A stretch of DNA of 64,000 bases from Utricularia gibba. Lineage: Eukaryota; Plantae; Magnoliophyta. The translations under genes and the position numbers were made by a program. Positions 56,001 through 64,000 of the stretch are shown here, one piece after another (position 1 is the first letter of the stretch; every line of letters begins with the position of its first letter). The stretch lies in NCBI GenBank assembly GCA_002189035.1, contig CM007989.1:558001-622000 (forward strand), given 5' to 3'. The notes below the pieces were generated by a model. The model searched no databases. It worked only from the letters and a program-made list of their open reading frames with translations, and was not told the DNA's origin.

Positions 56001-58167
56001 AGATGGAGATGCCTATCATGATCTTGTCAAGTATCTTCTCATGGTCAGACAAAAATCGAAGGAACCTAAAGTTGACAGCGAGCTCATATATGCTTATGCT
56101 AAGATCGAACGATTGGGTGACATTGAAGAGTTCATTCTAATGCCAAATGTTGCAAATTTGCCTAGTGTTGGTGATCGTTTGTATGATGAGGCCTTATATG
56201 AAGCTGCAAAGATTATTTTTGCATTTATATCGAATTGGGGCAAATTGGCTAGCACTCTTGTCAAGTTGAAGCAATTTCAGGGTGCAGTGGATGCTGCACG
56301 GAAAGCAAATAGTGCTAAAACATGGAAGGAGGTCTGCTTTGCATGTGTTGATGCTGAAGAGTTCCGTTTGGCTCAGATCTGTGGTCTCAACATCATTGTA
56401 CAGGTATTGTACCCTAAAGTACAACCAAGGTTCATTCGTTTTTCTCTTCTATGCAGGCTAGTCGTTATTTGGGCTATGGTTCAATTTTATGTACATTTTC
56501 TGACATTTTTTAGGTTGACGACTTGGAAGAGGTTAGTGAATATTATCAGAACAGAGGATGCTTCAATGAGCTTATTTCACTGATGGAGAGTGGTTTGGGA
56601 CTGGAACGAGCACATATGGGAATATTTACAGAATTAGGTGTTCTTTATGCTATATACCGCCATGAGAAGCTTATGGAGCATATCAAATTGTTTGCAACTC
56701 GACTTAATATTCCAAAGTTGATTAGAACTTGTGATGAGCAGCAGCACTGGCAAGAGTTAACATATTTGTACATTCAGTATGATGAGTTTGATAATGCTGC
56801 TACAACCGTCATGAATCATTCTCCTGAAGCTTGGGATCACATGCAATTCAAGGACATCATTGTCAAAGTTGCCAATGTAGAGTTGTATTACAAGGCTGTG
56901 CACTTCTATCTGCAAGAACATCCAGATATCATTAACGATGTTCTGAATGTCCTTGCTCTCCGTTTGGATCACACCCGTGTTGTTGACATAATGAGAAAGG
57001 TTCATGACTACAGCCTTCAAAGCTTCGCTCATTTTGTTATGAAATTTTTCTGCTCAACTTATCATAAACTTTTTATGCTGTCATCTTAGGCTGGCCATCT
57101 GCGACTCATTAAGCCTTACATGGTAGCTGTTCAGAGTAATAATGTTTCAGCTGTCAATGAAGCACTCAATGAGATCTATGTTGAAGAGGAGGATTATGAT
57201 AAGCTACGAGAATCAATTGATTTGCATGATAACTTTGATCAGATTGGTTTAGCTCAGAAGGTGATTCTGACTTCTTTTTTTTTCTTCAGTTTTTTCACCT
57301 TTGTCTCAATGCTTATATGGATGTATGCTCCTCTAAATAGATTGAGAAACATGAGCTGATTGAGATGAGGCGTGTTGCGGCTTACATCTACAAAAAAGCC
57401 GGGAGGTGGAAGCAGTCCATTGCCTTGTCAAAGAAAGACAATTTGTACAAGGATGCAATGGAAACAGCTTCACAATCTGGTGATCGTGAACTTGCTGAGG
57501 AGTTGCTTGCTTATTTCATCGACCAGGTAAAAGAAGTGCAGCCCACTGACGTTTTTAACCGTGTTATTATGAGCTTTGGTATATCGACAATTGGATTTCT
57601 GATTTTGCATGTGTATGTAGGGCAAGAAGGAATGCTTCACATCATGCCTGTTTGTTTGCTACGATTTAATCCGGCCAGATGTGGCACTTGAACTTGCCTG
57701 GATGAATAACATGATAGACTTCGCATTCCCTTACATCCTGCAGGTAATTAACTAACTATCAGCTCTTGTCCTCCAAGTCCTTTTTGGTTTAATCATTTTG
57801 GTTTGATGGCACTTGTGAAATCACTTTGCTTCAGTTTATTCGTGAGTACACCGGCAAGGTTGATGAGCTAATAAAAGACAAGATTGAGGCTGCAAATGAA
57901 GTGAAGGCCAAGGAGACCGAAGAAAAAGACATTCTAAAGCAACAGGTATGAACAAGTCTCTTCAAGGAGTAACAACAACTTATCCATGGCCTTAACCTCC
58001 CCTCTGTGTTGTCGATGCAGAACATGTACGCCCAGCTGCTCCCTCTGGCGCTTCCCGCACCACCGATGCCTGGCATGGGCGGCGGCTTTGCTGTCCCTCC
58101 TCCGATGGGCGGCATGGGAATGCCTCCGATGCCACCTTTCGGCATGCCGCCGATGGCTCCCTATTGA
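50049..58167 (+). CDS. CHC: Clathrin heavy chain, many exons; two apparent 1-nt deletions (~54121, ~54847)
   Basis: [15 protein letters not shown]|[57 protein letters not shown] repeats, Pro/Gly/Met-rich tail ending PPMAPY*. Confidence 0.98.
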
Positions 58168-58689
58168 TGCGGGGACTCCAGAGGCGTGCGTGTGGTGATT
58201 GATGATTTTGGTAGCTGGGACTCGGCCTGAATGTCTGGTGCTTTGGGAGTATAGTCTGGTCATCCTTATTTGTAATAATAATATTCTTTGGTGGACGTGG
58301 GGGGCGGCACCGTAGGACATATGCGACGACGATTTTGTAATTTATATTCTCACAGGATCTACCTCTCTCGCACTCTCGCTCTCTCTATATATATATTGTA
58401 CTGGTCATCAATCTTCTCACTTGTTCCGGCGCTACGAAAAGATATATTTCACACCTTAGATTCATTTTGTGCGGAGCGTGAGGGTGCTGCTGCTCCTGTG
58501 ATACACATTTCCACTTGGAAAGGGGGAGGGGTTGCTCTTTGTCGTTGGTCTCTCCATGGCGGTTTCTTTGAATTTGGATTTTGGAGCCTCAATCGCCCTG
58601 ATTCGTTTTCTTCCTGTGTCTGGATATTGCATTAGGTGTGATTTCTCGATTCACGAGCCCTAGTTTTATGCGTGGTTTGCGTTTTTCAG

Positions 58690-59234
58690 GTGATTGGATG
58701 CATTTGTGGTGCAGGAAGGAAGTTTTGTAGGTCGAGAATGTATCCGATTCTACTGTGTGAAGCAGCTAGCTAGGGATGTGGATGAAGTCGATGTGTTCGA
58801 TGTGTCTGAAACTAGCCAAGAAGCATTTTCCAGTCCCTGTGTGATGAGTTTCGTTGAAGACATTGCTCCCACTGAAAAATCTGTTTTGGTTCCTCACACC
58901 TCCAAAGGGCTAGCTACTAGAGCACCTTTTACAGCCTGCAGCCAAGGTTCTTGGCGGATAGATGGATAGATACACGGACTCAAAGCCCCCTGTTCCAACA
59001 TCAGGAAGCAAGTTTCCAGACTTGTTACAGGAGTCACATAACAGTAAACGGCGTTCAGGACTTCCTCAGATTCATTTGATGATAGCAATAGAGGCTTACA
59101 CCTAAACAAACGTCATTCCTGGTGGAATGGGTGTGGCTGTCATAATCTTCTCGTTCGTGTTTATCAGCTCCGTAATGTTCGCTGCAACTTACATCCTATG
59201 GAAGTCGGGTGCGGTACATTTCAATGGATACTGA
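58690..59234 (+). pseudogene. Degenerate coding-like segment ending in a predicted TM helix
   Basis: After acceptor tttttcag, fragmented frames end VIPGGMGVAVIIFSFVFISSVMFAATYILWKSGAVHFNGY*; upstream frames are broken by stops and shifts. Confidence 0.35.
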
Positions 59235-59902
59235 ATGCTGGAGGATCATCCATTAGGTATGCTTCACACAATAGTTGTTCGTGTGTACCTAGTTTCTTAT
59301 TCACTTGTGCTGGTTTATCACTGAGATGTGGGCATAAAATTGCTTTGAAGTTCAGAATTAGGGTAGTTGCGGGACACATGAAATTTGAATTGCTTTGAAG
59401 CTCAGAATTTTAGGACCATGACACTCTTTTGTGCATTGCATTCATGCTAACAACTACCCTTCTCGTTTATTCATGGACTGGCAATTCCTATCAACTTTGA
59501 TTCATCAAGTAGTATCAGTGCAAGTTGTTCGGTATTCGGGGGGGAATTACGTGTACATAACGGTTGCTGTCCGCTGTTTGGTATGGTTTGCTTGTTGTAC
59601 AACCATGAAATGAACGCATGTGTTCAGTGTGTTACCATTGCCGTTTCCGCGAGTCCTGAATGCTTTTATGCCCCAGTTCTTGTAGGTGTTCTCTTGCCGG
59701 CCGTTTCTTCGGCCAGCTGGTTTATATCCCTAAAAACTTGGTGCAGAAAGAGAAACTGTCTTAACCACCAAGTGCCGATACCGAAAGTGGTTTCCTCCAT
59801 CAGCGAGCAGTTAGAAGTGATGGTTCTCCTCCACCCCTTTAACGTCGGTTATTTAAGTTGACAAGCATGGAGACTGTGTTCATCAACGGTTAAGACACAA
59901 CC

Positions 59903-60540
59903 ATGGAGATTAACGGCGGTGGCAGGGAAAGGATTAAAGGGCCATGGAGTTCGGATGAAGATGCTGCGCTGGTGAAGCTGGTGGCAGAGTACGGTCCCGG
60001 AACTGGTCCCTGATAAGTGCCCATATACCACGGCGATCGGGAAAATCATGCCGGCTGCGGTGGTGCAATCAACTGAGTCCGGCAGTGCACCATAGCCCAT
60101 TCACGCCGGAGGAGGACGCCGTCATAATGGCAGCGCACGCGGTGAACGGAAACCGGTGGGCAGCCATCGCTCGTCTCTTGCCTGGGAGGACGGATAACGC
60201 TATAAAGAACCATTGGCATTCTACCCTAAAGAGGAAGAGGAGCCCCGGCAGCGGCGGCTCGTCGGAATCCGGGATCAAGCGGCAGTGCTCGTGGGCGTCG
60301 CAGGAACACGATAGTTACCCTGGGGACGAGACTCTGCAGTCGGGCTTAAATGGGGCGGATGCTGATGACGGGCTTACGTTGGTTCTGTTCCCTCCCCGTG
60401 CGGAGGCGGATCCGACGGCTGAGACAGCAGACACGCGTTTCATGAAGACGATCAAGAAGATTATAGCGGAAGAGGTCCGTAATTGCATCAGGGGACTTTG
60501 CGCCAACATTCCTTGTAATCTTCCTCAATGCCAAAATTAG
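59903..60540 (+). CDS. Intronless R2R3-MYB, subgroup 22 (MYB44/73/77-like), with a 1-nt deletion at ~59996-59998
   Basis: [23 protein letters not shown][R][20 protein letters not shown]; R3 [23 protein letters not shown]; C-terminal [15 protein letters not shown] resembles the subgroup-22 motif. Confidence 0.88.
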
Positions 60541-60877
60541 TTCTCACAAAAATTTCCTGTTTACTTTCAATTGGTATATATTTCATGTACACCATTTAGG
60601 GTATGGAGGGTATATTTAGCCCATGATAGAACGTGTTCCTCGGTTTGTGCCGAGCGACTGAGTTTATCCACACTCCCTGCTACACCTTTACAAACAATCA
60701 CCGGAAAAAGCAGCAGAGCGCCTCCTTATTTGCTGAATCATTCCACAAACGCGGCGATGAGGATGAGGATGATGATGATGCATGCACCTTTCTCATGGTT
60801 GTAGATTTTGGTGGAGTTTCTCAAGTTCCTTATCCACGAGGGTCTTCCCTCGTACAAATGCAAACACAGACGGACAC

Positions 60878-62793
60878 TTACAGGGAAGAGGAGAACCTGA
60901 ACTGTACGCCGGTCCTTTCTCGCTCTGGCTTCTGTTGTTTCAGTATGCAGCAGTAGTTAACCTGCAATATCTCACCCCCAACACAGTTAGGAAGAGGAAA
61001 TGAGCGTGATTCAGGATGCAGATGGACATGCCAAGTGTCTATCTCACCTCCATCCGCAGTAGTTTGGTGGGTAGGACGATTCCAAATCCAAGGGAGCTGC
61101 GGAAGGAGTCGATGACGCTCCGGAAGGTGAGTTCTTTGAAGGAGTTGGGAGTTAGTCGTTGGGAGGAACCAGTGCGAGCAAAAGCATGGCCGTGCACGCC
61201 AGCCTCCCTGAAGAATCCAAATGGAAGATCGAAGGAAAAGTCTGCGAAGGCCTTGAGATTAAAATATCCACCCAAGGTGTCAGAACTCTCATTACTGGGG
61301 GCACCAACATCGTCCAGTCCCCAAGCCCTGAAGCCTGAAACGGATGTTGGGCCTGCGATGGAGTACGCTTGGGAAGAATCACCAGTGCCTAAAAACCGTT
61401 CAGTCAAGTAGGAAGACTCATTCAGGTGTCCACCCTTCCATGGGAACAGAAAGCCACCGGAAACTCCAACATTCAGAGCTGATCGATTGAGGCCAAAGGG
61501 AATGGCGTAGTGCAGCTGAAACACCTGGTTAATGACATGAAGGTTCTTGGCATGAGGAAGAATACGACCAACACGAGTCAGGAATGCAAAGGCATGTCCC
61601 TGTGTTGGCCTCACGAGTGAGTCTCTCTGGTCAACTTTGTAGGAATACTTGAAACCAGAGAAGAACGTATGTCCATGAGTCCTCTGCAGTATGTCTGAAG
61701 CGCTTTGCGCCTGATCCTTGAGCATTTGCCAAGAAAGAGCAAAAGAGAGATCATGGTTACCCGATTGCAGTAGGCCGACAGTTCCGCTGAGCTCCGGACT
61801 CTTATATGAACTCAAAGTCATCCAATCTTTCGAAAGAAGGGAGAGCTTCAGCGACAGTGGGGTAGCCAATGCTTTAAATCTCGGTAATGACACGCCTGTA
61901 TTGAACCCCATTGCTTGACCGTACTCCGGAGCAAATGATCCTTCCCACGCATCACCATAAGCAAACAAGTTCTTCAGCTTCACCACTCCTTCAAGAGGCC
62001 AAAATTTATCCTGGAGAAGAAATGCTCAAGTCATAAAACGAAAGCCAATAAAAGGGTAAACTGAGATGCAATGAAGAAATGCACTACGATCTGTCAACAT
62101 GCCCAGAAAATCCATTGGTCCACGGACCACGTTGGCTTTCCCAAGGTTCATTGAAGTCCAGCACAGCCAAATGAAGGTACGGATAGCATGATGATGATCA
62201 TGAATCAAGAAAGAGCACCTTATTCTCAGAAAGCATTTGAAGTACGGTACCTCCGGCGACCAAAAGCTTCCCAGGCTCAGAGAAACAGGGTTTTTCGCCT
62301 CAGAAACCTCAATTACAGCATTCGCTACGCCAGGAACCTCTGTCGGACCACCGTCAAGGGTAATGCGAACGGAGTCGAAAACGTCGAGACGTCGCAGGCG
62401 TGAGGTCGCGATAAAGGCGGCGCCGAGCAACTCATCGAAGTTCGTGGCGTCCCGGAGGATCGTCTCCACCTCAGATAAGATCAGAGAGTCACTAGTCTTG
62501 CGGTCGCCTTTGATAACAATATCAAACACCCGCACGGGAACCCTCTCCTCGGAGAATCTCCAGACGAGATCACCGATCTTTTCTCTGGTCATGATCTGAA
62601 ATTCTTCCTCTTCCTCTTCCTCCTCGATGTCGATCTCCTCGAATTCATCGCTGTCGTCATCCTCCTCGGCGTCCTCGCCTTCATCCCCGGAGTCATCCAA
62701 GTAATCGATTTCGGGAGTGAAGGGCTCCGGCTGTGCCTCCATTTGCAACCCTTGTTGGAGTGGGTTTGCAGTTGGATTCCCCGTAAACGTCAT
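60878..62793 (-). CDS. SAM50/Omp85-family outer-membrane beta-barrel assembly protein, 3 exons, divergent
   Basis: Acidic N-terminus, POTRA (VPVRVFDIVIKG..LDVFDSVRITLDGGP), KLKNLFAYGD, AFADFSFDLP, FRSSLGFGIVLPT, last exon VNYCCILKQQ...QFRFSSSL*; start at 62793 or 62742. Confidence 0.88.
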
Positions 62794-63234
62794 CGTTTTG
62801 AAGGTTGGGGCTCCCCTGCTCAGATGGTAAGATGACCCAATAGCCTTTCTGCCTTCCTGTGGTTGAGGGCTGTGTCACCAGAACACCATCCTTCTTCTTC
62901 GACGAATCTTCACCAAAGCGGAGCGGGGAAGAAGTGATATTGAACTGAATCAGAAGACAAAAGTCACGGCGGCTGAGCTGCTTTTTCACCATAAAGACTT
63001 TCAATGGAGTACACAAGAGATGAAGCAGATCTCCAAAGATGGTTATAAATGGCAACTAATGATGCTGAGTAAGGATCTGGGGATGCTGTGCTGCTATATG
63101 AACAACATTCCTGATATACCGACCGCGCAAGCAAGGCTCGAGGGCATCAGTAAGCCCCATGCAAATGCAAACAAAAATGGTTGGGCAGCTGGATTGGGGA
63201 GCAGCAGTGGTGATGATGATGGTGGTGTGGTGGT

Positions 63235-64000
63235 TCACTCTGTAATTCCAGGGGCTGCGTTCTCGAGATCGATTTCGCCCATCCCAGTATCCTCCTCTTC
63301 TTCACTGTCATCATCACCACTGACTTCCTCGTTTTCTTGACCAAGCTTAGCCATCTGCTCGGCAAGTAGTTTGTCCTCCCGTTCGCTCACCTGAAACCAT
63401 CGAACACCGTTAGCATATGGTGTGCAAATCACAATGGGCGAGTGGAAGTAATTCCCAAGAACATTCCCAGGGAAGGGAAGGCAGCAAAACGCACCGCTCT
63501 AGGCGCCTCCTTAACAGTGAGCTTTCCTTTGTGCTTCTCAATTTCTTGTCTGCAGACTTCAATAGCATCATTAAGAATCCCAATGCCTTGTTCCTGCAAA
63601 GCCCACAATTCAAACATCGGTGAGAATTATTTTCGCAAAAGTGTAGACGAAGACAAAGATGGTTACCTTGTCGAGAGTCTGGGTGTTTAGAACATATGAA
63701 GGCGCGGCTATGAGCTTCATTTTAACAGGACAATCCTTGTTTCCAGTATCTTCTGCTTTACGCATCGCTTCCTGAAGAGACATTTTGAGGGAACATTTTC
63801 AAAACTAGCCCCGATAATGCTGCATAAACATGGAACCAAGAAAACAACCCCAACATAACGGAAACAATTCCTATTTCAGCACATCAAACGCTAGCATATC
63901 AAATTAATCTGAAGGGATTCAAAAGACAGAACATATTCAAAAATAATGCATTTGGGTGAGCCATTGAAAGGACTATGACCTTTATGTGCAAAACACCATC
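63235..64000 (-). CDS. eIF2alpha: Translation initiation factor eIF2-alpha, 3' exons only (gene continues past window end)
   Basis: DGVLHIK|EAMRKAEDTGNKDCPVKMKLIAAPSYVLNTQTLDK|EQGIGILNDAI..KGKLTVKEAPRA|VSEREDKLLAEQM..acidic tail*. Confidence 0.93.

Noticed and set aside
59338-59410. Short direct repeat attgctttgaag(t/c)tcagaatt x2
   Set aside because: Two copies only; an ordinary local duplication with no array or spacer structure (not CRISPR-like, and this is plant nuclear DNA).

Overview
Eukaryotic (flowering-plant, eudicot-type) nuclear DNA, unusually gene-dense: about 22 intron-containing or single-exon protein genes plus at least one pseudogene in 64 kb, with many introns under ~100 nt. 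In order: conserved unknown protein, trypsin-like-domain protein, class I formin, hotdog-fold acyl-CoA thioesterase, FRIGIDA-like, mitochondrial FtsH, DHHC S-acyltransferase, small TM protein, ALY/REF pseudogene, RPS15A, RING-CH ligase, YOS1-like, RPP0, WIYLD-domain protein, PH-domain protein, NUP88/MOS7, SCP-like CTD phosphatase, omega-3 desaturase, tomosyn/LLGL-like WD40, clathrin heavy chain, a degenerate TM-protein gene, R2R3-MYB, SAM50-like, and the 3' end of eIF2-alpha. No rRNA, tRNA, CRISPR or autonomous transposon was recognised; one MITE-like element is supported. Top finding: two unrelated membrane-trafficking genes 21 kb apart on opposite strands (YOS1-like and clathrin heavy chain) share a near-identical ~90-105 nt non-coding 5' leader. 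It can fold into the same hairpin, which ends exactly at a 5'-UTR intron donor. Several genes carry 1-2 nt deletions in homopolymer runs, most likely assembly errors. All assignments are from reading the sequence and remembered family motifs; no database search was run, and exon boundaries were placed by eye.
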